From Bacteroidia bacterium (GTDB lineage Bacteria > Bacteroidota > Bacteroidia > M30B66), in NCBI GenBank assembly GCA_019695235.1, contig JAIBAI010000003.1, positions 26,390-90,389 on the forward strand: a DNA stretch of 64,000 nucleotides, read 5' to 3'. Within the stretch, counting starts at the first letter, position 1. Each line of letters starts with the position of its first letter. Made by a program: the position numbers and the translations under genes. Of this stretch, positions 44,695 to 53,542 are shown piece after piece. The notes below the pieces were generated by a model. That model worked only from the letters and a program-made list of their open reading frames with translations. It did not search any database and was not told the origin of the DNA.

Positions 44695-47103
44695 TTGGTA
44701 CGCAAGCGCATATCCCTTCTCTTTTGCTTAATACTGCTGGGTTCTATTGGCCTGAATGCTCAGGAAATTCAGCTGGAAGGATATGTGTTTGATGCAGAAA
44801 AAAAGCCGATTGAGGGGGTGAGTGTGGTATTACATGAACTGAACCGAAGTACTATTTCAGGCACTCAGGGCCAGTTTTCTTTTGGGCAGCTAAAGGCAGG
44901 CCATTACCACTTGCATTTTTACCTGATAGGCTACAAATCAGTTACCCGTACCGTACGCATAAAATCTGTGAATGAACAGTTACAGGTGCAGATGGAACAA
45001 GCCGTGGTGGAGCTTCGAAGTGCAGTGATTGAAGAGAGTACAACAAAAGCAGATCAGCGGGAAAAATCGCAAACCATTGATATTGTTGAAAGTAAGGAGA
45101 TGTTTCGCAATGGGAGTACGAGTTTTGCTAAGTTACTTGAGAAGATTCCGGGCGTGAGCAGTATCAGTACCGGAACAGGCATTTCGAAACCTTTGATTCG
45201 GGGCCTTGGGTTTAACAGGGTGGTGGTTGCTGAAAATGGTATAAAACAGGAGGGGCAACAATGGGGAGGGGATCATGGTCTGGAGATTGACCAGTTTGCT
45301 GTCGAGCGGGTTGAGTTGGTCAAAGGGCCATCATCATTGCTTTATGGTTCTGACGGACTTGGAGGGGTGATTCACATAAGACCGGCGATACTGCCTGAAA
45401 AAAACAAAGTACAAGGAGCCATGATGGCTACCGGACGCAGCGTAAATGATTTTCTGGGATATTCTGCAATGGTATCGGTAAACAAAAAGGACAATTTTAT
45501 CCGTTTTAGGTTTTCATCTCAAGACTATGCTGATTACAAAGTACCGGCCGACTCATTTACCTACAACGGTTATCGTTTACCGATAGTAAATCAACGATTA
45601 AAAAATACTGCCGGCAATGAGAGAAATTTTCAGCTGATGGGTGGCATCAGGCGTGGATGGGGCTTTAGCACGATTACTTATAGTCGTTTTGCACAGCGTG
45701 CAGGTTTATTTTCCGGCGCACATGGCATACCACGCTCTTATCAATTGACTGACGATGGCGATAAGCGCAATATTGATTTGCCTTCACAAAGCACTGAACA
45801 TCATAAGGTTATCTCAAATACAAGTATTTTACTCAGGCATAGTTGGTTAGAAATTGACCTGGGTTATCAGTATAATTTGCGACGGGAATATTCTTTGCCA
45901 CATGTGCATGGCAAAGGTCCACAGCCATCAGGTAACCTTGAATTGGGTTTGAATTTGCAAACCATTTCAGGCAATGTGCGTTACCACTTTGACCTAAGTG
46001 AGCGGAGCCGATGGGTGTTTGGCTTGAGTGCCCAGCACCAGGAGAATAAATCAGAGGGTTTTAATTTCCTTATTCCGGCTTACCGCCAAACAAGTGCTGG
46101 GGCATTTGCATTTTACCGGCACGACTTTTCAGAGCAGCTTTTCTTCAATGCTGGCTTACGGTATGATTTAGGCCAGATTGGAACAACACGTACCCTAAAA
46201 CCACTATATACCGATCCGGAAACCATTGCAGGTTATCAGGAAGTAAGTCCGCAATTGAACCGACATTTCGGCAACTGGTCAGGCAGCAGCGGAATCTCCT
46301 GGATTCACAATGCCAAGCTGAATTTTAAATTTAACCTTGGTAGCAGTTTCCGGATGCCGGCACCATCTGAATTAACAGCCAATGGTATACATCACGGCAC
46401 TTTCAGGCATGAAATGGGCGATGCTACATTGAAATCTGAACGGGGCTATCAGTCTGACCTGCAAGTACATTACGAAGGGCCTAACTGGTTTGTGACGATG
46501 AGTCCGTTCTTCAATTATTTCCACGATTTTATCTTTTTAGACCCACGCCCTGAATTTTCTACTTTGCCCGAAGCGGGCCTGGTGTACCGGTATAACCAGG
46601 CTGATGCGCTGCATTTTGGAGGTGAATTACAGGGTGATATACATGTATTACATGCGCTTCATTTAGAACTTACCGGTCAGTATGTGAGGGGGATGAATCT
46701 TGAAAGCGGCTACCCACTCCCATTTACCCCACCGATGAACATTCAGCTTTCAATGGCTTACGAATGGGAAAAAGCAGGGAAATATTTTCAAGACATGTAT
46801 ACCGGAATGTCGGTGCAATATGCTGCACGACAGAACTTAACTGCTCGCAACGAACTGGAGACGCCTGGTTATTGCTTACTTAATTTTGAAGCCGGTACCA
46901 ACCTGCATCTGGGTACCCAGACAATTAAAGTGGCATTTAATGTGCAAAATTTATTGAACACAAAGTATCTTGCCCATCTGAACCGTTATAGAATCTTAAA
47001 CCTGCCGGAGCCTGGCAGAAACTTTATGCTAAGCATTATGGTTCCATTTGAACTGACGGTTTTCCGGCAAAAAAACAGCTCAGCCCTGATTAATCAATCA
47101 TAA
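44695..47103 (+). CDS. TonB-dependent outer membrane receptor with an N-terminal CarboxypepD_reg-like domain
   Basis: TTG start, signal peptide (M)VRKRISLLFCLILLGSIGLNAQ. GYVFDAEKKPIEGVSVVL...GQFSF (Cna-B/CarboxypepD_reg), plug motifs IRGLGFNRVVVAENGIKQEGQQWGGDHG and LYGSDGLGGVIHI, and the last barrel strand GRNFMLSIMVPF. Confidence 0.88.
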   Translation: MVRKRISLLFCLILLGSIGLNAQEIQLEGYVFDAEKKPIEGVSVVLHELNRSTISGTQGQFSFGQLKAGHYHLHFYLIGYKSVTRTVRIKSVNEQLQVQMEQAVVELRSAVIEESTTKADQREKSQTIDIVESKEMFRNGSTSFAKLLEKIPGVSSISTGTGISKPLIRGLGFNRVVVAENGIKQEGQQWGGDHGLEIDQFAVERVELVKGPSSLLYGSDGLGGVIHIRPAILPEKNKVQGAMMATGRSVNDFLGYSAMVSVNKKDNFIRFRFSSQDYADYKVPADSFTYNGYRLPIVNQRLKNTAGNERNFQLMGGIRRGWGFSTITYSRFAQRAGLFSGAHGIPRSYQLTDDGDKRNIDLPSQSTEHHKVISNTSILLRHSWLEIDLGYQYNLRREYSLPHVHGKGPQPSGNLELGLNLQTISGNVRYHFDLSERSRWVFGLSAQHQENKSEGFNFLIPAYRQTSAGAFAFYRHDFSEQLFFNAGLRYDLGQIGTTRTLKPLYTDPETIAGYQEVSPQLNRHFGNWSGSSGISWIHNAKLNFKFNLGSSFRMPAPSELTANGIHHGTFRHEMGDATLKSERGYQSDLQVHYEGPNWFVTMSPFFNYFHDFIFLDPRPEFSTLPEAGLVYRYNQADALHFGGELQGDIHVLHALHLELTGQYVRGMNLESGYPLPFTPPMNIQLSMAYEWEKAGKYFQDMYTGMSVQYAARQNLTARNELETPGYCLLNFEAGTNLHLGTQTIKVAFNVQNLLNTKYLAHLNRYRILNLPEPGRNFMLSIMVPFELTVFRQKNSSALINQS

Positions 47104-47112
47104 TATACCACC

Positions 47113-47850
47113 ATGCCCGGACTTTTGAAATATGTGTTTGTTCTGTTGTGCCTCATTTCGATGAGTGTTGCCTGCGTAAAAGAAAAGGACAAGACCCCCC
47201 CTTTGATTTCAGAAGTTTCAGCACCCGTAATGAACGACACACTTGTTGCCGGACAGGCTTTGCTAATCAAGGCAAAAGTGACCGATAACGAAGCGCTTTC
47301 GCAGTTAAAGATTGAAATCCACGGTGCGTCTGACGGGCATTCACATGGCAAATCTGACCCTTATACGTATTGGCAATCAATGCGTATTGTAAATCTCAGC
47401 GGGACTTCAATTGATATTCATGAGAGTTTTGAAATTCCACAAGATGCAGCGGCGGGCATTTATCATGTGATTCTCACTGGTGTTGATAAAGCAGGGAATC
47501 AAAGTGCTTTTGTGGAGCGCGAGGTTTATGTGAAAAACAATGATGACCTAAGTCAGCCTGAAATCACCCTGAGCAGTCCGGCAGAAGGATCTGTGTGGAC
47601 TTCAGGTACTGATATACTGGTATCAGGCAACTTAAGTGACAATATTGCTTTGTCGAAAGCAGAGATTCAGTTTTTCCACTCAGGCGTGCTGGTGGCAGAT
47701 CGTGATATAGACCTTGCCCTGCCAACACATGCATTACAAGAAACTTTCAGCACCACAGGATGGGTAAGCGGCGCGTATACACTAGTTGTAAAAGTGTATG
47801 ATCAGGTGATGAACAGCTCAGAGAAAACGATAAACCTACTTATTGAATAA
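47113..47850 (+). CDS. Lipoprotein with two Ig-like DUF4625-type domains and a His-rich loop, 9 nt downstream of the TonB-dependent receptor
   Basis: Lipobox-like LISMSVAC. DKTPPLISEVSAP...VTDNEALSQLKIEIHGASDGHSHGK...GIYHVILTGVDKAGN, then a second copy-like PEITLSSP...LSDNIALSKAEIQF...GAYTLVVKVYD. Confidence 0.55.
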   Translation: MPGLLKYVFVLLCLISMSVACVKEKDKTPPLISEVSAPVMNDTLVAGQALLIKAKVTDNEALSQLKIEIHGASDGHSHGKSDPYTYWQSMRIVNLSGTSIDIHESFEIPQDAAAGIYHVILTGVDKAGNQSAFVEREVYVKNNDDLSQPEITLSSPAEGSVWTSGTDILVSGNLSDNIALSKAEIQFFHSGVLVADRDIDLALPTHALQETFSTTGWVSGAYTLVVKVYDQVMNSSEKTINLLIE

Positions 47851-47884
47851 TCGGTTAGGAGGCAAGGTATGCAAAATAAACTGT

Positions 47885-48307
47885 TCAGGGGCACTCAATA
47901 AGCCCGATTGCTTCGTCAGGGCTAAAAACGGGCAATGTGCTTAACTTAAAGTCGGCGATATTTCTTGTAATAATTGCGTCAAGTTTATTGTTACTTATAG
48001 CGGTATAATATTGAATAGCATCTTCAAAGTCTTTAAAATCAGAGGCTAATGCTTTTTGAATAGCGCTTTTTGTTGTATCAATCGTTTCAGTGAAACTTTC
48101 AAGCTCCCGCAAAACATTAATGGTCGCTTTATGTGATGAATGTTTTTTTAGTACATAGTATATGTTGTTGTAGGATACTGCACCGATGTAAAGCTTCACC
48201 TTTCCCTTTTCTGAATAGCTAAATAATTTTGCCGCCAATAGTGAAAAAGGACGCCGATCAATTAAAAAATCAATAACCACGTTTGTGTCGAGCAAAAAGT
48301 ACTTCAT
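47885..48307 (-). CDS. vapC: PIN-domain ribonuclease toxin (VapC-like)
   Basis: MKYFLLDTNVVIDFLIDR carries the first acidic PIN residue. Later come FEDAIQYYTA and DAIITRNIADF. 140 aa. The ATG overlaps the upstream antitoxin stop (ATGA). Confidence 0.85.
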   Translation of the reverse strand: MKYFLLDTNVVIDFLIDRRPFSLLAAKLFSYSEKGKVKLYIGAVSYNNIYYVLKKHSSHKATINVLRELESFTETIDTTKSAIQKALASDFKDFEDAIQYYTAISNNKLDAIITRNIADFKLSTLPVFSPDEAIGLIECP

Positions 48308-48552
48308 TTCGAGTGCTTCTCATCTAAGATATTAGCCAGCTCCTTTTTGTAATCCAGGTCTTTAGGGGCTTTTATAGCACCCAAGAGCTTTCTTACATTT
48401 GGAGAAAGCGCGGGCTCGTCGTTTTCCTTTTGAACCAGTGTCTTTAGATAAGATTCAATTAAATCAGAAAGACTGCGCCCTTTTTGACTTGCATAGGCTT
48501 TGGCAAGTTCGATTATTTCTTTTTCGACAGTGAGGGTCAGTTTGGCAAGCAT
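48304..48552 (-). CDS. Antitoxin partner of the PIN toxin (DUF6364-like)
   Basis: 82 aa starting MLAKLTLTVEKEIIELAKAYASQKGRSLSDLIESYLKTL, which is ribbon-helix-helix-like. The ATG at 48552 is preferred; the longer ORF-track start at 48660 would overlap the ftsB-like gene. Confidence 0.65.
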   Translation of the reverse strand: MLAKLTLTVEKEIIELAKAYASQKGRSLSDLIESYLKTLVQKENDEPALSPNVRKLLGAIKAPKDLDYKKELANILDEKHSK

Positions 48553-48554
48553 CG

Positions 48555-48584
48555 CACGTGTATTTTGTTTTACAAATATACGTG
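48555..48584 (-). promoter_or_regulatory. Imperfect inverted repeat (candidate TA operator) overlapping a TATATTTG -7 box just upstream of the antitoxin start
   Basis: The left arm is CACGTGTATTTTG (48555..48567). The right arm is CAAATATACGTG (48573..48584), whose reverse complement is CACGTATATTTG. That gives 1 mismatch and a 1-nt bulge. The minus-strand TATATTTG (48580..48573) lies 20 nt before the ATG. Confidence 0.3.
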
Positions 48585-48604
48585 TAATTTTAAAATTAAA
48601 AAAA

Positions 48605-48949
48605 TTATTTGCCTGTATTCTCCTGAGAGGCGGCCTTTGACTTGTCTTCTTCGATAACAAGCCAGATGTCTTCGTGATCTTTTTTCATCAGGTGCTTCTC
48701 ACGCGCAAACTTTTCAAGCGTTTGGTTGTCGGTCAATAACTCATTCAGCTGAGCTTTTGAAGAGACAATCTCTTCCTGATAAAATTTCTTTTCCTTGCGG
48801 AGCTGGTATAAAACTGCTCGTTCTTCGTATTGCCTTATCAGGTTGTTTTGGTCGAAAAACACAATCCAGACGATAAATCCGCAAGTAGTAATTACGTACC
48901 TGTTTTTCACTATTGGGTACTTTTCTAGAAAATTTCGCAGGAAATTCAT
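48605..48949 (-). CDS. Septum formation initiator (FtsB/DivIC-like) protein
   Basis: A single N-terminal TM (YVITTCGFIVWIVFF) followed by a coiled coil (LIRQYEERAVLYQLRKEKKFYQEEIVSSKAQLNELLTDNQTLEKFAREK). Confidence 0.65.
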   Translation of the reverse strand: MNFLRNFLEKYPIVKNRYVITTCGFIVWIVFFDQNNLIRQYEERAVLYQLRKEKKFYQEEIVSSKAQLNELLTDNQTLEKFAREKHLMKKDHEDIWLVIEEDKSKAASQENTGK

Positions 48950-49096
48950 GACACGAAAGTACCTTAATATTTTTGAATGTGACTTCAGAAAGGGTTAACT
49001 TGTTCAGTAAAGGCTGTTAATTATTCTTTGGCATGAATTTTTCAAGGTAAGTATTAAAGGTGGTCTTGCTTTGCCCCTTTGGATATCTTTGCCGAA

Positions 49097-49864
49097 ATGC
49101 ACTTGCAAATCAAATTGTTTTGCCGGATACTAATGCTGCTGATTCCGGCAGCTGCCACAGCGCAGTTTAATGTCAGAGATTCATCGCGCCAGGCATTTAT
49201 GGTGAATGTTTCGGCAGGCTTTGCCCAACCGGCTTATCAACTGAAAGAGCGTTTTGGTAAATTTACTTCTTTGGCTTTGTCATCCGGCTATAAAACCAAA
49301 TCAGGCTGGATGGTCGGCATTCAGGGGGCATTTCAGTTCAATGAAAAGGTATTAGAAAAAGGGGCGATTGCAGGTATTCTTACCAAAGATGGTTTTTTAA
49401 TTGGCGGAGACGGTACATTGTATGATATGACTTACCAGATGCGCAGCCTGCAATTGGATGCATTTCTTTTTCGGCTGATACCCCATACAGGCCATAACCC
49501 CAATTCAGGATTATATGCAGGTGCCGGATTTGGCTATTTCGACCACCGGATCAGGTATGAGCCTGAAGATCGTAATGCTCCTTTACCACAGCTTGACCGT
49601 GACAAACGAAGAGGTTACGACCGTCTGAGTGGAGGTTGGGCGGTTCGTCCGGTACTGGGTTATCAATATCTTGGCAACAAGCGATTGGTTAACTTTTTTG
49701 TGCAGGTTGAACATATTTTTGCCCGTACCGCTTCTTTGCGCGCTTATCAGTTTGACCAGGAAGGTGTGTACAATGTTAGCCGTAACGATGGTGCCTGGCT
49801 ATTACGTTTTGGTTGGGTTTTGCCAATTTACAGGAAACCTGCTACTGAATATTTCGCCTGGTAA
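49097..49864 (+). CDS. Hypothetical outer-membrane beta-barrel protein; its stop overlaps the waaA start
   Basis: Signal peptide MHLQIKLFCRILMLLIPAAATAQ, alternating beta-strand pattern, C-terminal aromatic ...TEYFAW. No recognisable catalytic motif. Confidence 0.5.
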   Translation: MHLQIKLFCRILMLLIPAAATAQFNVRDSSRQAFMVNVSAGFAQPAYQLKERFGKFTSLALSSGYKTKSGWMVGIQGAFQFNEKVLEKGAIAGILTKDGFLIGGDGTLYDMTYQMRSLQLDAFLFRLIPHTGHNPNSGLYAGAGFGYFDHRIRYEPEDRNAPLPQLDRDKRRGYDRLSGGWAVRPVLGYQYLGNKRLVNFFVQVEHIFARTASLRAYQFDQEGVYNVSRNDGAWLLRFGWVLPIYRKPATEYFAW

Positions 49865-51084
49865 TGATGTGGATGTTCTATTATATAGGTGTTGGCCTTT
49901 ACGGAATTGCAGCGCGCATATTTGCATTGTTTTCAGGCAAGGCGCGTCTGTGGGTGCAAGGGCGAAGGAAGCTTCTCACAAACCTTGCAGCTAACATACC
50001 TCAGAACCGGCAAGTTATTTGGATGCACTGTGCTTCGCTGGGTGAGTTTGAAATGGGTCGGCCTGTATTGGAGACAATCCGGAAGCAATATCCTGATAAA
50101 TTTATCCTGCTTACCTTTTTCTCACCATCCGGATATGAGGTACGCAAAAATTACCCGGGTGCTGATTTAGTAAGTTATCTCCCCTTAGACCTGCCGCAAT
50201 ACAACAGGCGCTTTCTTGATGTGGTAAAGCCATCTCTTGCCTTGTTTGTGAAGTATGAGTTCTGGTTTGGCTTCATGCATGGTCTTTACAGGCGCAATGT
50301 GCCGCTGGTACTAATTTCAGGCCGTTTCAGAAAAGATCAGCTTTTCTTTCGATGGTACGGAAATTGGTTTTTCAGGAAACTCAGCTATTTCGACAGTCTG
50401 CACGTGCAAGACATTGAATCGGCCAACCTGGTAGGTAAGGAATTCGCTTCAAGGGTCATTGTAAGCGGTGACACCCGTTTCGACCGGGTAATGGCCAATG
50501 CTGCATTAAAGAAAGAGTTGCCGGAAATTAATGCCTGGCTTGCCGGAAGGCCTTGTATGGTTGCCGGAAGCACTTGGCCAATTGACGACCCTTTGATGTT
50601 GCCCTGGGAAGATCAGGAAATGGCGTTGATAATTGCACCGCACGAGGTTGACCCCCACCGCATTCAAACTTTAAAACAATTGGCAGGGGAGGATGCGGTT
50701 TTATATTCAGAACTTCCCCAGAGCCATGGGCGCATTCTGATTGTAGATAACGTTGGTATGCTGTTATCAATTTATGCATTGGCTAAGTTAGCTTATGTGG
50801 GTGGGGGCTTCGGATCGGGCTTGCATAATATTCTTGAGCCGGCGGCGTTTGGGCTTCCGGTGCTTTTTGGTCCGGAACATAAAAAATTCCCTGAAGCCGC
50901 AGCCCTTGAAAAAACGGGTGCCGCGCAAACTATTTTCAATCGAAAAACATTTGATGTAGCAAAAAGTTATTATACAGATTCACGGATACAACAAAAGGCA
51001 GCTACTGCGGCAAAACAATTTGTGGCGAGTCATGCCGGGGCTAGTGAGAAAATAATGCAAACCATTCATGAACTTCTCAAATAA
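49864..51084 (+). CDS. waaA: 3-deoxy-D-manno-octulosonic acid (Kdo) transferase
   Basis: VIWMHCASLGEFEMGRPVLETIRKQYPDKFILLTFFSPSGYE is the signature N-terminal region of WaaA/KdtA. The C-terminal GGSFGSGLHNILEPAAFGLPVLFGP belongs to the GT-B donor domain. Confidence 0.85.
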   Translation: MMWMFYYIGVGLYGIAARIFALFSGKARLWVQGRRKLLTNLAANIPQNRQVIWMHCASLGEFEMGRPVLETIRKQYPDKFILLTFFSPSGYEVRKNYPGADLVSYLPLDLPQYNRRFLDVVKPSLALFVKYEFWFGFMHGLYRRNVPLVLISGRFRKDQLFFRWYGNWFFRKLSYFDSLHVQDIESANLVGKEFASRVIVSGDTRFDRVMANAALKKELPEINAWLAGRPCMVAGSTWPIDDPLMLPWEDQEMALIIAPHEVDPHRIQTLKQLAGEDAVLYSELPQSHGRILIVDNVGMLLSIYALAKLAYVGGGFGSGLHNILEPAAFGLPVLFGPEHKKFPEAAALEKTGAAQTIFNRKTFDVAKSYYTDSRIQQKAATAAKQFVASHAGASEKIMQTIHELLK

Positions 51085-51088
51085 GTCA

Positions 51089-51817
51089 ATGAAACTAAGC
51101 CGCTTTTTTATACTTATCATGCTTATGGCTGGTATAAAGGTGTCAGCACAGAATAGGGTGTGGACTGTTGGCATGCAGTTGAAGCCTATATTTTCATCAC
51201 GTGCTTTTGGTACAGGCCCCAAAGTAATGACCGACCGTAGCTTGTTGTACACCTTGCGCCCGCGGGGGGGCTATGCTGCCGGAATGGTTGTTCGGCGGGG
51301 CTATACCCAAAGGCTCTCGTTTGAATTCGGCATCAATTTTACTGCGCGCAACTATCAGGTAAATGTTCAGGGCGGTCCGGTTCCGGCAGAAAATCGCTTT
51401 CGGATTGTGGCGTATGAAATTCCTTTGTCGCAATTGGTTTTTGTGCGACTTTCTGAATACATTTATATGAATGCTTCTGGTGGTTTGAGTGTGAATATGT
51501 TTCCATCGGATGTTGCCCGCAACAATGACCCTTTGTTGGTTTATGCCGGAAGGGAGTTGATTATTCATCCGGGGCTGTTGGCCAATGTGGGTTTTGAGTA
51601 CCGAAGCAGAAAAAGTGGCTATTATTATCTTGGAGCTTCACTGAACCGTCCCTTTCGGCAGATATACACGCTTTCGGCGCGTTACCAGGTTGGTTCACAG
51701 GTAGTCAGCTCTGTACTTTCGGGTTTCAGGGGTACCTACCTGACTTTAGATCTCAGATACTTCTTTCATGAAGATCCGGATAAGAAAATCAGAAAAAAAC
51801 AAAATGGAAAGAATTGA
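51089..51817 (+). CDS. Hypothetical outer-membrane beta-barrel protein immediately downstream of waaA
   Basis: Signal peptide MKLSRFFILIMLMAGIKVSAQ, a beta-strand pattern ending ...GTYLTLDLRYFF, followed by a short basic tail. The ATG at 51089 is preferred since it lies 5 nt after the waaA stop. Confidence 0.5.
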   Translation: MKLSRFFILIMLMAGIKVSAQNRVWTVGMQLKPIFSSRAFGTGPKVMTDRSLLYTLRPRGGYAAGMVVRRGYTQRLSFEFGINFTARNYQVNVQGGPVPAENRFRIVAYEIPLSQLVFVRLSEYIYMNASGGLSVNMFPSDVARNNDPLLVYAGRELIIHPGLLANVGFEYRSRKSGYYYLGASLNRPFRQIYTLSARYQVGSQVVSSVLSGFRGTYLTLDLRYFFHEDPDKKIRKKQNGKN

Positions 51818-51841
51818 GAATTACCACAAAAAATATACCTT

Positions 51842-53542
51842 ATGTCAGCACCATTGATTGAATGTGTTCCTAATTTTTCAGAAGGCCGCAACCCTGAAGT
51901 CATCCGGCAAATATGTGAAGCAATGGCCTCGGTTGAAGGCGTGAAAGTTTTACATACCGACCCGGGCTTCGATACCAACCGAACAGTTGTTACTATTGCC
52001 GGGCATCCGGCGCAGGTGGTTGAGGCGGCATTCAGAGGTATTCAAACAGCCGCAGCCACCATTGATATGCGCAAGCACAAAGGTGCTCACCCCCGTATGG
52101 GTGCTACGGATGTTTGTCCTTTGGTACCACTATCAGGCATCACCATGGAAGAAACTGCTGAATGGGCGCTGAAGTTGGGCAAAAGAGTGGGAGAGGAGCT
52201 TGGGATTCCGGTATACCTATACGAAGAGGCAGCTTTGGTGCCTGGCAGGACCAACCTGAGTGAAATCCGCTCTGGCGAATATGAAGGGTTCTTCAAAAAA
52301 ATAAAGCAAGCAGGCTGGCAGCCAGATTTTGGCCCGGCAGAAATGAATGCTGTGGCGGGTGCAACCGTAATAGGTGCCAGAGATTTTTTGGTGGCTTATA
52401 ATGTAAACCTGAACACCACCTCGGTGCGGCGTGCCAACTCGATAGCCTTTGATGTGCGTGAAAGGGGGCGGGTGCAACGGGAAGGGAATACACTTACCGG
52501 GAAAATAGTGAAAGATGCCCAAGGTGAGCCGGTACATATTCCCGGAAGTTTGAAGTCAGTAAAGGCTATCGGTTGGTATATCCCTGAGTATGGGGTTGCG
52601 CAAATCAGTATGAACCTGACCAATGTCCGCATCACTCCGGTGCACATTGCGTTTGATGAGGTATGCCGGAAGGCCGAAGGCCGGGGGATACGAGTAACAG
52701 GCTCTGAGCTGGTGGGTTTAATTCCGTTAAATTGCCTGTTGGATGCTGGCCGGTACTTTTTAGAGAAACAACAACGATCAACCGGGGTGCCTGAAAAAGA
52801 GCTCATTAAGATTGCAGTGAAATCTCTGGGGCTCGATGAGTTGGGCCCCTTCGACCCTGCAAAGCGTGTGATTGAGTACCAGTTGAAGGACAAAGAAGCA
52901 GAACGGCTTGTTTCGATGTCGTTGAGCGACTTTGCTGATGAAACATCCTCTGAGTCGCCAGCACCTGGTGGTGGCTCAATATCAGCCTATCTTGGTTCGC
53001 TGGCAGCTGCCTTGGCGGCCATGGTAGCCAATCTGAGTTCACACAAACGGGGCTGGGATGCAAAGTGGAAACAGTTTTCTGATGTTGCTGAAGAAGCCCA
53101 GTTGCTGAAGGCCCGTCTGAACCATTTGGTGGATGAGGATACGCGTGCGTTCAACCAAATCATGGCAGCTTTTGGACTGCCAAAAGGAAACGATGATGAG
53201 AAAATAGCACGTACAGCGGCAATTCATGAAGCAACCCTTCACGCCATTGCGATACCCTTTCAGGTGATGCAACAAGCCTTTGCCACATTCAAGCCTATCG
53301 AACAAACCATTCGGGAGGGCAACCCTGCTTCTGTTTCAGATGCAGGAGTAGCGGCTTTATGTGCAGCTGCTGCGGTAAGAGGTGCCTGGTTAAATGTGTG
53401 CATCAATGCAACTTCAGTAATGGAAGACCCCATTGTAAAGCAAACCATGACAGAGGCAAACAAGATCAAGGAAGAAACTGCACAGATAGAAAAGACGCTT
53501 CTCGAAATGGTAGAGAAGAAGATCTTTCATTCGGCAATTTAA
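51842..53542 (+). CDS. ftcD: Bifunctional glutamate formimidoyltransferase / formimidoyltetrahydrofolate cyclodeaminase
   Basis: The N-terminal IECVPNFSEGRNPEVI and GAHPRMGATDVCP are transferase motifs. The helical C-terminal domain, with SPAPGGGSISAYLGSLAAAL, is the cyclodeaminase. Confidence 0.88.
   Translation: MSAPLIECVPNFSEGRNPEVIRQICEAMASVEGVKVLHTDPGFDTNRTVVTIAGHPAQVVEAAFRGIQTAAATIDMRKHKGAHPRMGATDVCPLVPLSGITMEETAEWALKLGKRVGEELGIPVYLYEEAALVPGRTNLSEIRSGEYEGFFKKIKQAGWQPDFGPAEMNAVAGATVIGARDFLVAYNVNLNTTSVRRANSIAFDVRERGRVQREGNTLTGKIVKDAQGEPVHIPGSLKSVKAIGWYIPEYGVAQISMNLTNVRITPVHIAFDEVCRKAEGRGIRVTGSELVGLIPLNCLLDAGRYFLEKQQRSTGVPEKELIKIAVKSLGLDELGPFDPAKRVIEYQLKDKEAERLVSMSLSDFADETSSESPAPGGGSISAYLGSLAAALAAMVANLSSHKRGWDAKWKQFSDVAEEAQLLKARLNHLVDEDTRAFNQIMAAFGLPKGNDDEKIARTAAIHEATLHAIAIPFQVMQQAFATFKPIEQTIREGNPASVSDAGVAALCAAAAVRGAWLNVCINATSVMEDPIVKQTMTEANKIKEETAQIEKTLLEMVEKKIFHSAI

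Noticed and set aside
48553-48660. Longer 118-aa version of the antitoxin ORF starting at 48660
   Set aside because: The extra 36 codons overlap the 3' end of the ftsB-like gene in another frame and read as basic low-complexity sequence. The ATG at 48552 is preceded by a -7 box and the inverted repeat.
52087-53469. Antisense ORFs (up to 165 aa, 52396..52893) opposite ftcD
   Set aside because: ftcD is intact and collinear with the bifunctional enzyme. The antisense products are Arg/Ser/Pro-rich with no motifs.
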